In this document: one piece after another, positions 7,919-16,156 of the stretch | How positions within the stretch are numbered: position 1 is the stretch's first letter | Layout of the letters: each line of letters starts with the position of its first letter | IMG/VR virus record: IMGVR_UViG_2778261510_000012 | Length of the DNA: 22,380 bases | Source of the DNA: a virus | Lineage: Duplodnaviria > Heunggongvirae > Uroviricota > Caudoviricetes | Direction: 5' to 3' (one strand) | Position numbers and translations under genes: made by a program | The notes under the pieces: model-generated | Told to the model about the DNA's origin: nothing | The model's input: only the letters and a program-made list of their open reading frames with translations | The model's database searches: none

Positions 7919-8340
7919 AAATCAAGCATGAACACATCCGCATGGCGATGAATGCCTGGGCGCGTCCTGATGGCGAAAAAGTTCCAGCAGCTGGAATAAC
8001 CCAGGCTTATTTTGAGTTGGGTATGACGTTTCCTGAACTGTATGACGACAGCCATCCGGAAGCCTTGGCTCGCAATACCCAGAAAATTTTCCGCTGGGTA
8101 GAGAAAGACACCCCTGATGCAGTTGAAAAAATTCAGGCGTTGTTACCAGCGATCGAAAAGGCAATGCCACCTTTGCTGGTGGCCAGAATGCGCAGCCACA
8201 GTTCAGCTTATTTTCGGGAGCTGGTGGAGACGCGGGAGCGATTGGTGAGAGACGCTGATGATTTTGTCGCAGTGGCAATCGCCGGTTTCAATCAGATGAA
8301 CCGTGGTGGCCCGGCAGGAAATGCTGTGGCAGTACATTGA
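7915..8340 (+). CDS. YdaT-like protein (CII-like position)
   Basis: 141 aa; N-terminus MKIKHEHI matches the YdaT family as I recall it; ATGA overlap with the cro-like gene. Confidence 0.65.
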   Translation: MKIKHEHIRMAMNAWARPDGEKVPAAGITQAYFELGMTFPELYDDSHPEALARNTQKIFRWVEKDTPDAVEKIQALLPAIEKAMPPLLVARMRSHSSAYFRELVETRERLVRDADDFVAVAIAGFNQMNRGGPAGNAVAVH

Positions 8341-8411
8341 CTGACAATAGCCATATCGAATCGCTTCCGGCAACTCGTGAGTAAAAAGATTCGGTATCAG
8401 AAGAGGTGAGT

Positions 8412-9482
8412 ATGGCTAACGCCTGGCTCAGATTATGGCATGACATGCCAAATGACCCTAAGTGGCGAACAATTGCCAGGGTGTCAGGGCAGCCAATTGC
8501 AACAGTGATGGCAGTGTATATCCACCTCCTGGTGAGCGCGTCACGAAATGTCACGCGAGGTCACATTGATGTCACGACAGAAGATTTGGCAAGTGCGCTC
8601 GACGTGACAGAAGAGGTAATTGATTCAATTTTGCAGACGATGCAGGGGCGGGTACTTGATGGTGATTTAATCACTGGATGGGAAAAACGCCAGGTGCTTA
8701 AAGAGGACAACGGCAATATTTCGCAAACCGCAAAATCTCCTGCAGAGCGCAAGAGGGCGCAGCGAGAGAGGGAAAGAAAGCGGGAACAAAATGGCGATTG
8801 TCACGGCGCGTCACGAAATGTCACGCACATGTCACGACGAGTCACGACAGATAAAGATACAGATAAAGATACAGATCAAGAAGATCAAAACACTATGGTC
8901 CATGGCGTAAAAAACGCCACGAACCAGGCAGGGGATGTTCAGACCGTCAATCTTGGTCAGCCAGCAGGCACGACACCGGAAGCCGATTCAGCGTATGCGC
9001 TGAAAGCCGATTCGGGCGCTGTGCAGCAGGTGATGACCGCAAGGCCGGAGCAATCACACCAACTGCAGCAGCCTGAAGCCGATTCCGCCATTCAGCGGGA
9101 AGCCGATCGGGTAGTCCCGGAAAACACCGGGCAGCCTGTGGGACGAGTAGATTATCCGGATGTGTTCGAACAGGTCTGGCGGGAATACCCGTTGCGTGCT
9201 GGGGCAAACCCGAAGAAATCCGCTTTCAGTGCTTGGAAGGCCAGATTACGCGAGGGGGTGTCACCAGAGGCCATGCTGGATGGCGTGAGGCGTTACGCAA
9301 GATACCTTGCGGCTACCGGGAAAACGGGAACGGAATTTGTTCAGCGAGCGACGACGTTTTTTGGACCGGACCGGAATTTTGAAAACCCCTGGCTGCTCCC
9401 GGTAAGCGGCACGAACAACCAGCGTTGTGTGAATCATATTTCTGAACCGGATACCGAAATTCCACCGGGCTTCAGGGGGTAA
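8412..9482 (+). CDS. Replication initiation protein (phage replisome-organiser N-terminal domain type) with internal iterons
   Basis: First ATG at 8412 with RBS AGAGGTGAG; N-terminus WLRLWHDMPNDPKWRTIA fits the replisome-organiser N-domain pattern; C-terminal FEQVWREYPLRAGANPKKSAFSAWKARL motif common in phage replication initiators; iteron clusters inside the gene. Confidence 0.7.
   Translation: MANAWLRLWHDMPNDPKWRTIARVSGQPIATVMAVYIHLLVSASRNVTRGHIDVTTEDLASALDVTEEVIDSILQTMQGRVLDGDLITGWEKRQVLKEDNGNISQTAKSPAERKRAQRERERKREQNGDCHGASRNVTHMSRRVTTDKDTDKDTDQEDQNTMVHGVKNATNQAGDVQTVNLGQPAGTTPEADSAYALKADSGAVQQVMTARPEQSHQLQQPEADSAIQREADRVVPENTGQPVGRVDYPDVFEQVWREYPLRAGANPKKSAFSAWKARLREGVSPEAMLDGVRRYARYLAATGKTGTEFVQRATTFFGPDRNFENPWLLPVSGTNNQRCVNHISEPDTEIPPGFRG
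8540..8608. repeat. Iteron cluster 1 (GTCACG repeats with helical spacing)
   Basis: GTCACG/GTCACA at 8540, 8550, 8560 and 8571 (spacing 10, 10, 11 bp) plus an inverted CGTGAC at 8603. Confidence 0.55.
8800..8880. repeat. Iteron cluster 2 plus AT-rich tandem repeat (putative origin core)
   Basis: GTCACG at 8800, 8810, 8820, 8831 and 8841 (spacing 10, 10, 11, 10 bp), followed by a tandem GATAAAGATACA x2 A+T-rich stretch (8850-8873). Confidence 0.55.
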
Positions 9483-9522
9483 GTGTTGATTTCTGGTCAT
9501 GAGGTAATTTTCAGGAGGACTT

Positions 9523-9945
9523 GTGGCAAAAGTTTTTACACAAGAAGAGCGAGAAAAAATTAAAGGGCAGGTTGTTGAACTCGTACGCCAGAGTGGGCGT
9601 GAGACGTTACGGCAACTGGAAGTCAAAACAGGTGCGACAAGATATCTGATGAGCGTTCTCGCAAGAGAGCTGGTTGCCAGCGGCGATGTATACAACTCTG
9701 GTTACGGGTTATTCCCGTCTGAACAGGCGCGTAAGGACTGGCAAAATGCCCGTAAAAAGCTCTCAAGGGCAAAGCTGAAGAAACCATCTGCGGTTGATTC
9801 GGACCTTATCTGGTCATTACCTGACGGAGAAATACGTCGCTACGACAGGCGTCAGAACATAATCTGTCGCGAGTGCCGGAAGAGTGAAGTTATGCAGCGC
9901 ATATTGTCGTTTTATCAGGGGGATGTTCGGTATTTATTGAAGTGA
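9523..9945 (+). CDS. Hypothetical 140-aa basic protein downstream of the replication initiator
   Basis: ORF with AGGAGG RBS and apparent GTG start; no recognisable motif; sits where lambdoid phages usually encode a helicase loader but is too small for one. Confidence 0.45.
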   Translation: MAKVFTQEEREKIKGQVVELVRQSGRETLRQLEVKTGATRYLMSVLARELVASGDVYNSGYGLFPSEQARKDWQNARKKLSRAKLKKPSAVDSDLIWSLPDGEIRRYDRRQNIICRECRKSEVMQRILSFYQGDVRYLLK

Positions 9946-10012
9946 CGAGATTCAAGTGCATTAGTTCAGATGCAAATTGACTTTTTGTGGCACAGGGTAG
10001 AGCTAGCGTGGT

Positions 10013-10038
10013 TGTCCGCTTTGTGCCAACAGCGGACA
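10013..10038. other. Inverted repeat / hairpin between convergent genes
   Basis: TGTCCGCT - 10 nt - AGCGGACA perfect 8-bp stem; no strong U-tract. Confidence 0.4.
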
Positions 10039-10091
10039 TTATAGATGGTATATGTAGAAAGTGAACATGCGTAGATTGTATGATTTAGCCG

Positions 10092-10316
10092 TCACTTAAT
10101 TATTGGATAACTCACACAAGTATGACCGTTGCTTATCGCATACATTTGGTTTCCCTTAAGATTTACAAATGGAAATGTCGTATACTCATAATTTATAGAG
10201 GTCATATTAAATGTAAGGAATTTATCTTCAAGTTCTAATTTTGTAGAGTGGGCAGGGTATGTTCCTTCATTTTTCATTGTGATAATAAAACCGATAGGGA
10301 AAAATGTAAAGCACAA
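10092..10316 (-). pseudogene. Probable frameshifted 3' portion of the HNH-like gene
   Basis: A +1-frame ORF overlaps the end of 10274..10900; a single-base insertion in the A5/T5 run at 10300-10304 would fuse both into one ~265-aa frame; the track start is TTG and the first ATG has no SD. Confidence 0.4.
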
Positions 10317-10900
10317 ATAAATGCCACATGTCCTTCGTTCATAAATGCTACACTTTGAGCGGATATGTGCATTCTGTGTGGGTAAAACCAGTAGTAAATA
10401 TCATGAGTTTCCTCAAAACTTGAATTTTTACCCAAAACATAATCCTTTAAAGGTGTATAGAAGGGGCTATCTACGGGTTCTTTTTTACAATCTTCAACTG
10501 AAGTTGCTGATAGCACGTGCCCAATCATAGCCTTAGTGAAAGATATGCTATCAAAAGGTATTCTAATGAATGGATATACATTCATACCATTCATATATCG
10601 CCTTAACTGTTCTTTAAAGGACTTTGTTACATTTTCAATTGCAACATCGAGCCCACCTAATACCTTATTGTTACAGTGGCTGCAAATGGTTCTGAAATAA
10701 GAGCCATTTTTAGCATTTAATGGTTTAACTGGTTCCTGAATACCAAAAAATTCGCTAACTGTTTTCTGCAAAACAGGGCCTAAGGTTATGGCGCACTTTG
10801 GAGGAACATGATCTTTTGTGAGCAAGCCATATTTCCCACAAATATTGCAATAACCTTCAGTAATGCCATTGTGCTTCCATCGTTCACTAATTTTCGTCAT
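10274..10900 (-). CDS. AT-rich cargo gene encoding a protein with an HNH-like Cys/His motif
   Basis: 208 aa; RBS GAGGGA; CNICGKYGLLTKDHVPPK (CxxC-x9-DH) and CSHCNNK motifs resemble the zinc-bound HNH fold with an unusually long spacer; low GC relative to flanks. Confidence 0.6.
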   Translation of the reverse strand: MTKISERWKHNGITEGYCNICGKYGLLTKDHVPPKCAITLGPVLQKTVSEFFGIQEPVKPLNAKNGSYFRTICSHCNNKVLGGLDVAIENVTKSFKEQLRRYMNGMNVYPFIRIPFDSISFTKAMIGHVLSATSVEDCKKEPVDSPFYTPLKDYVLGKNSSFEETHDIYYWFYPHRMHISAQSVAFMNEGHVAFICALHFSLSVLLSQ

Positions 10901-11524
10901 TTTTATTCCCTCAGTAGCATAAGCTATCTATACGTTTTTTAATCCTATCAAAGATACAACTTAACGTCAGGAAAATGATAGTGTTTATCTAAGTAATACA
11001 ATTAACTTCAACGCGTGACAGTCTGCTTTTCGCTCAAAGCGGACTAGAAGGTTAGCTTGCGTCGGACTTGGCGTATTTAAAGAAGTGCTGGTGGTGACTG
11101 GTTGTTGTGTTCCATTTCTACAGAACAAAATCACAGAAACTATACCCAATAGTTGTATTGAATCACTGACGAGACAGCCTCATATTTATCAGGACTGGTG
11201 TACGTCCAATACAGGAGGTTGTGGTGCTGGTTCTCAAATGTGCGCTGGCTATTGCTGCTGTAATGGCAATTTATTGCCTTGCTGTTGTTCTTATGGATCG
11301 CCTTTCTGACTGATTTCATATTGGCGAGGTAACGGGAGTTAAGTAGAATGGCTGCGGGTGCTTGAGGCTATCTGTCTCAGGCATGAACACCAAAGGCAGA
11401 TAGAGAAAAGCCCCAGTTAACATTACGCGTCCTGCAAGACGCTTAACATTAATCTGAGGCCATATCTATGCTCTACACACATAGGTTAGCCTCTTACGTG
11501 CCGAAAGGCAAGGAGGAGCAGTCT

Positions 11525-11680
11525 ATGAAGCAGCAAAAGGCGATGTTAATCGCCCTGATCGTCATCTGTTTAACCGTCATAGTGACGGCACTGGTAACGA
11601 GGAAAGACCTCTGCGAGGTACGAATCCGAACCGGCCAGACGGAGGTCGCTGTCTTCACAGCTTACGAACCTGAGGAGTAA
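11525..11680 (+). CDS. hokD: Hok-family type I toxin (HokD/RelF-like)
   Basis: 51-aa translation MKQQKAMLIALIVICLTVIVTALVTRKDLCEVRIRTGQTEVAVFTAYEPEE matches HokD/RelF as I recall it; AGGAGG RBS 8 nt upstream; the track ORF from 11468 is an in-frame extension. Confidence 0.85.
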   Translation: MKQQKAMLIALIVICLTVIVTALVTRKDLCEVRIRTGQTEVAVFTAYEPEE

Positions 11681-11750
11681 GAGACCTGGCGGGGGAGAAA
11701 TCCCTCGCCACCTCTGATGTGTCAGGCATCCTCAACGCACCCGCACTTAA

Positions 11751-11768
11751 CCCGCTTCGGCGTTTTTT
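11751..11768 (+). terminator. Weak terminator-like hairpin after hok
   Basis: CCCGCTTCGGCG with TTCG loop followed by TTTTTT; the stem is short. Confidence 0.35.
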
Positions 11769-11823
11769 CCGTTGATTAACTCTAGTTATTAGAGAACCGA
11801 ACTTTTATTGATGGGGCAGGGAG

Positions 11824-12216
11824 ATGAAGAAACTTGTTTTAGTCGTAGGTGTAATGATTGCAACAGTAATGTTGGGAGGGTGTGCAGCAAAGGTCGATCC
11901 AGCGTTGAAAGCAGAAGCAATGAAGCCACTAACATGTAAAGATGAAAAGCAATGTGACTTTTATTGGAAACGAGCGCAATTCTGGTTGGCTAATAATTCC
12001 TCATGGAAAATTCAAACGGCGACAAACACGCTAATTTCCACTTATAACCCTTCACCAAATAGCCCATTCCTCGCTTATCAAGTGAGTAAAATGCCAAATG
12101 AAGATGGATCCGCAAGAATTTTCATCAAGCCTTTTTGCGATAATATGTTTGGCTGTCAACCAAACCCCTATCAGGCAATTGTTTCCTTTAAAAACTTCGT
12201 TAAAACTGGGCAGTAA
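11824..12216 (+). CDS. Putative lipoprotein (130 aa)
   Basis: Signal peptide with lipobox-like LGGC (MKKLVLVVGVMIATVMLGGCAAK); RBS GGGCAGGGAG; four further Cys in the mature part. Confidence 0.6.
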   Translation: MKKLVLVVGVMIATVMLGGCAAKVDPALKAEAMKPLTCKDEKQCDFYWKRAQFWLANNSSWKIQTATNTLISTYNPSPNSPFLAYQVSKMPNEDGSARIFIKPFCDNMFGCQPNPYQAIVSFKNFVKTGQ

Positions 12217-12346
12217 TGTATAGCGGGACGGTAAATTATTAGTGAAAACGCTGTAAATCCTATGGGTTGAGTCAGGATTTAATCCGATAATTATTCTATC
12301 GTTCCTTTACAAGTCCGGCATATTACCTTCAGTTTGTTTTAGCATA

Positions 12347-12372
12347 CCCGCTTCGGCGGGTTTTGTTTTTTT
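12347..12372 (+). terminator. Rho-independent terminator after lipoprotein gene
   Basis: CCCGC-TTCG-GCGGG stem-loop followed by TTTTGTTTTTTT. Confidence 0.65.
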
Positions 12373-12443
12373 CTGGCATTCTGGTTTACAATACGCACGC
12401 CAGCCTGAACAACTGGCACCTGCTGCGCCAGCAGAGACAACCG

Positions 12444-12722
12444 ATGGCGCACGATACCAAATTACACAATTCTAATGATTCTGCCGTCTTTGCCAGCAGG
12501 CGCGGACGGCGTTTTCACGTATTCAAATCAGACTGGTTCCAGCATCCTCCATGCACTGAAGAGCAGGCGGAATGGATAATTCAGTGTTACCGCAGGCGCG
12601 GATACGAGGTTAAGAAAGCCCTCAGCCTCGATTATCGTCACTGGATAATCTATGTCAGGCTCCCTTATTCCGAACGCCCACCGCGCCCATCCCGCACATA
12701 CCAGCAACGGATCTGGAGGTAA
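12444..12722 (+). CDS. Hypothetical 92-aa protein translationally coupled to the DUF968 gene
   Basis: First ATG in the frame (the track ORF starts earlier on a non-ATG codon); ends TAA 1 nt before the GTG start of the next gene; weak RBS. Confidence 0.4.
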   Translation: MAHDTKLHNSNDSAVFASRRGRRFHVFKSDWFQHPPCTEEQAEWIIQCYRRRGYEVKKALSLDYRHWIIYVRLPYSERPPRPSRTYQQRIWR

Positions 12723-12723
12723 C

Positions 12724-13779
12724 GTGCGGATATTACTTCGACCTGTTCTGGTACCGGAACTTGGGCTGGTGGTCCTTAGGCCGGGCCGTGAATCCATGCA
12801 AGTATTTCATAACCCTCGAGTGCTGGTGGAGCCTGAACCGAAAAGCATGCGCGGTCTGCCGTCCGGAGTCGTCCCTGCCGCTCGCCAGCCGCTGGTGGAA
12901 GACAAAACATTGCTGCCGTTTTTCAGTAACGCACGGGTGATTCGTGCTGCTGGTGGTGCTGGTGCATTGTCTGACTGGCTGTTGCGCCATATTAAATCCT
13001 GCCAGTGGCCACACGGCGATTATCATCACAGCGAAACCGTCATTCACTGTTATGGTACCGGCGCAATGGTGTTGTGCTGGCACTGCGACAACCAGCTACG
13101 TGACCAGACATCCGAATCACTCGAGCAACTTGCTCATCAAAACCTGTCAGCATGGATGATTGACGTCATCGGTCACGCAATAAGCGGTACGCAGGAGCGT
13201 GAATTATCTTTGGCTGAATTATCCTGGTGGGCGGTCCGCAATCAGGTGGCGGACGCGCTACCGGAAGCGGTATTACGTCGTTCGCTGGGGTTGCGTGCGG
13301 AAAAAATCCGCTCAATGTACCGTGAAAGCGACATCGTGCCGGGAGAGCAGACCGCCACCAGCATACTGAAGCAGCGCACAAAAAATCTTGCGCCGCTGCC
13401 TCACGCCCACCAGCAAAACCCGCCACAGGAAAAGACGGTGGTAAGCATTGCCGTTGATCCGGAGTCACCGGCTCAGTATCTCCAGCGCCAGAAACCACAA
13501 CGGGAAGAGATGCCTGTATACACGCGCTGGGTAAAAACGCAGAAATGCATGACGTGCGGTAATCAGGCAGATGATCCGCATCACATCATTGGTCATGGAC
13601 TGGGAGGGATGGGAACAAAGGCTGATGATTTGTTTGTTATTCCGCTGTGCCGTAAATGTCATAACGAACTGCACGCCGGGGTAAAAGATTTTGAAGAAAA
13701 ACACGGCAGCCAGCTGTTGTTGCTGATTCGTTTTTTAATGCACGCGAGAAATTCGGGTGTCCTGAAGTGGAAAGCATGA
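12724..13779 (+). CDS. DUF968-family prophage protein (YdfU-like)
   Basis: 351 aa from the GTG at 12724 (GGAGG RBS 5 nt upstream); C-terminal CMTCGNQADDPHHIIGHGLGG...LCRKCHNELH Cys/His motif characteristic of DUF968 as I recall it; same position relative to hokD as ydfU in Qin. Confidence 0.7.
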   Translation: MRILLRPVLVPELGLVVLRPGRESMQVFHNPRVLVEPEPKSMRGLPSGVVPAARQPLVEDKTLLPFFSNARVIRAAGGAGALSDWLLRHIKSCQWPHGDYHHSETVIHCYGTGAMVLCWHCDNQLRDQTSESLEQLAHQNLSAWMIDVIGHAISGTQERELSLAELSWWAVRNQVADALPEAVLRRSLGLRAEKIRSMYRESDIVPGEQTATSILKQRTKNLAPLPHAHQQNPPQEKTVVSIAVDPESPAQYLQRQKPQREEMPVYTRWVKTQKCMTCGNQADDPHHIIGHGLGGMGTKADDLFVIPLCRKCHNELHAGVKDFEEKHGSQLLLLIRFLMHARNSGVLKWKA

Positions 13780-14145
13780 ATGACTGAACGCATAGAATTT
13801 GTTTTGCCTTACCCGCCGACGGTGAATACCTACTGGCGACGTCATGGCAATACGTATTTCATCTCGGAAGCCGGAAAGCGTTATCGCCGTGATGTGGCGC
13901 TAATTGTTCGCCAGCAGCGGCTGAAATTAAGCCTGTCCGGAAGGCTGGCGATAAAGATTATTGCAGAGCCACCGGATAAGCGCCGCCGCGACCTGGACAA
14001 TATCCTGAAGGCACCACTGGATGCGCTGACGCATGCCGGACTACTTATAGACGACGAGCAGTTTGATGAAATCAATATTGTGCGCGGTCAGCTCGTTCCT
14101 GGTGGGCGGCTGGGGATAAAAATCACAGAACTGGAGTGCGCATGA
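13780..14145 (+). CDS. rusA: Holliday junction resolvase RusA
   Basis: 121 aa; LPYPPTVNTYWRRHG...RRRDLDNILKAPLDALTHAGLLIDD...GGRLGIKITE aligns by eye with E. coli RusA including the catalytic acidic residues. Confidence 0.9.
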   Translation: MTERIEFVLPYPPTVNTYWRRHGNTYFISEAGKRYRRDVALIVRQQRLKLSLSGRLAIKIIAEPPDKRRRDLDNILKAPLDALTHAGLLIDDEQFDEINIVRGQLVPGGRLGIKITELECA

Positions 14146-14831
14146 ATAACCAGTATTTACAGTTTGTGCGTGAGCAGCTCATTATCGCCACCGCTGATTT
14201 GAGTGGGGCAACAAAAGGTCAGCTTGAAGCCTGGCAAGAGAATGCCATGTTCGATACAGGGCGTTACAGGCGAAAAAAAATCCGGTACCGCGATGAAGTG
14301 ACTGGAAAAATGATAACGCGGGATAATCCACCAATTCCGGGAAAGCAATCGCTGGCGAAGGGGACGTCAATTCCTCTGGTCAGTCCGGTTGAGTTTTCGA
14401 CATCATCGTGGCGGCGGGCTGTTCTGTCTCTTGAAGAACATCATAAAGCCTGGTTGTTGTGGTGTTACAGCGGGAGTATTTGTTGGGAATATCAGATCGC
14501 GATAACACAGTGGGCGTGGAATGAATTTAATACTCAATCCGGTACCAGAAAAATTGCAGGGAAAACGCAGGAACGCCTGAAAAAATTAATCTGGCTGGCG
14601 GCGCAGGCAGTAAAAGCAGAACTTTTTGGTGGGGAAGGTTATGAATACCAGGAGCTGGCATTACTGGCGGGAGTGACAACTAAAAACTGGTCCAAAACAT
14701 TTACTCGTCACTGGGTTGCAATGAAACACATTTTTTACCGACTGGATAGTGGGGCTTTATTGTTTGTAATGAGAACGCGTTCAAAACAAAAGGCGGCATT
14801 TTCAAAGCAAAGTGTTGCAAAAGTAGATTGA
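14142..14831 (+). CDS. Putative late-gene regulator (Q-like antiterminator by position)
   Basis: 229 aa from the ATG overlapping the rusA stop (ATGA); sits immediately upstream of a promoter-like sequence, a short terminated leader and the tRNA/lysis region; family not confirmed. Confidence 0.45.
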   Translation: MNNQYLQFVREQLIIATADLSGATKGQLEAWQENAMFDTGRYRRKKIRYRDEVTGKMITRDNPPIPGKQSLAKGTSIPLVSPVEFSTSSWRRAVLSLEEHHKAWLLWCYSGSICWEYQIAITQWAWNEFNTQSGTRKIAGKTQERLKKLIWLAAQAVKAELFGGEGYEYQELALLAGVTTKNWSKTFTRHWVAMKHIFYRLDSGALLFVMRTRSKQKAAFSKQSVAKVD

Positions 14832-14843
14832 AAGGCATATATT
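14815..14843 (+). promoter_or_regulatory. Candidate late promoter (pR'-like)
   Basis: TTGCAA (14815-14820), 17-bp spacer, TATATT (14838-14843), about 50 nt upstream of a terminator; positional analogy to lambda pR'/tR'. Confidence 0.3.
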
Positions 14844-14894
14844 TCATGCAAATCTGATATTTTGCCGATTTTGTACGTGATGGCAAAAGCAAAC

Positions 14895-14920
14895 AAAACC
14901 CGCCGAAATGCGGGTTTTTT
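14895..14920 (+). terminator. Rho-independent terminator (tR'-like)
   Basis: AAAACCCGC-CGAAAT-GCGGGTTTTTT stem-loop with U-tract. Confidence 0.6.
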
Positions 14921-15040
14921 GTGCCACTTATCTCGGATAGACATGGTGAATGCGCTGGTGGAGGAAGTAAGGGGGATTTTTAACCAGGTGATTTTTGAAT
15001 GCTTGCAACATTGATTTTGTAACGTTATTATCCTGCGCCC

Positions 15041-15115
15041 GGCCCTTTAGCTCAGTGGTGAGAGCGAGCGACTCATAATCGCCAGGTCGCTGGTTCAAAT
15101 CCAGCAAGGGCCACC
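15041..15115 (+). tRNA. tRNA with CAU anticodon, tRNA-Ile2 (lysidine)-like
   Basis: 75-nt cloverleaf: acceptor GGCCCTT/AAGGGCC, D-arm GCTC-AGTGGTGA-GAGC, anticodon loop CTCATAA, T-arm GCTGG-TTCAAAT-CCAGC, 3' ACCA; closely parallels E. coli tRNA-Ile2; Met cannot be excluded from sequence alone. Confidence 0.85.
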
Positions 15116-15118
15116 ATT

Positions 15119-15195
15119 CCGCCACCAGCTCATCTGGATAGAGCATCAGCCTTCTAAGTTGATTGTGCGAGGTTCGAGCACCCGGTGGCGGACCA
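15119..15195 (+). tRNA. tRNA-like sequence with Arg (UCU) anticodon loop, probably degenerate
   Basis: D-arm GCTC-ATCTGGATA-GAGC and anticodon arm TCAGC-CTTCTAA-GTTGA are canonical and the 3' end is ACCA, but the acceptor stem has one mismatch, position 8 is C, and the T-stem pairs at only 3 of 5 positions. Confidence 0.4.
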
Positions 15196-16131
15196 TTCCA
15201 TGCAAGTTTAGCTGGCAGCGCTATTAGCTCGGCGTAATAGGGCTATTCGTCAGGCCCTGTTAGTTCACTATATTGCGTCAAAGCTTTTCTATCAACGATA
15301 CAATTAACGTTAAACGTTACAAAAACCACTGCTGATGTAATTCTTGCGCTCCGTTGTTCCCGGAGTATTTCCTGTTATTTATTGCGACAACGGAATTGGT
15401 TTGTTCCCAAACTGATCATGTTTGTGTTATTTTTTAGCAATCTCTTGCGTAAAATCAGAATTCTGGATGAAATAAAGTAATTTGTATTTATCTGATACAT
15501 ATTTATACACATATTAAAATCTTAAAACCAATTATTTTTTGATGTCATATGATTTATCGGTAATATTACTCCCGACCCAAAAGGCAGCGAGTCTGTGTTC
15601 ACTGGCGCATGACCAGCTGCCTCGCGGGTCATTGCTGGCATCCGTTTAATCATATTGTTATAGTATCATTACTGTGGTTACGGAGGCCCGCTCTATATAC
15701 AGGTATCGTACAGTGGCTATTACTTCAGCCTTTTAGGTTAGTGATACTGGTTCGATTCCTGTTCTCCGTACCTTCATTGTTCTTTGATGAGTTTTTACAG
15801 CACTGGCGTTTTTTGTGAGGAACAGATCTCGTTAATTCCTTTGTTGGGCCTCATTCTGTAATGGAGATCGGTTACGGATTCAGTGCTGTATTTTTTTATG
15901 ACACAGAAATGGCGCATTGCCCACGACAGGAAGCCGGATTTAGCGTTGAGTAACCAGTGATGCGCTTCTCTGTGTTGAAAAACATGAATTGGGGCGTTCC
16001 TCAGCGCGAGGGTGGTTTATAGAGTCGGTTTAGCGGGAAACCACAGTATCCATACAGCACGGAATACTTCGGGAGGCACCCGGCGCCTCGGTTTAATAAC
16101 AATTAAAAAATTCATCCCTTGCATTGACCAA

Positions 16132-16156
16132 CCGCCATATCTGGCGGTTTTTTTTA
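16132..16156 (+). terminator. Rho-independent terminator in the late-region spacer
   Basis: CCGCCATATCTGGCGG hairpin followed by TTTTTTTTT. Confidence 0.55.

Noticed and set aside
9261-9695. 144-aa minus-strand ORF overlapping the replication initiator and the 140-aa gene
   Set aside because: Antisense to two plus-strand genes with RBSs; Arg/Ser-rich translation.
11085-11309. 74-aa cysteine-rich plus-strand ORF upstream of hok
   Set aside because: No SD, and the Cys richness comes from TGC/TGT-rich DNA containing a palindrome (GGCAATTTATTGCC); it lies in the probable hok leader or divergent promoter region. Could be revisited if peptide evidence exists.
12363-12723. Longer N-terminal extensions: the 12363 non-ATG start of the 92-aa ORF and the ATG 12652 start of the DUF968 gene
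   Set aside because: The extension from 12652 overlaps the upstream ORF in another frame and has no RBS, whereas the GTG at 12724 has a GGAGG 5 nt upstream and gives a length of 351 aa, matching YdfU-like proteins.
14928-15146. 72-aa minus-strand ORF overlapping the tRNA gene
   Set aside because: It overlaps a well-formed tRNA cloverleaf; artefactual.
15196-15290. Possible third tRNA directly after the second tRNA-like sequence
   Set aside because: No T-loop consensus or cloverleaf could be drawn; only short stems.
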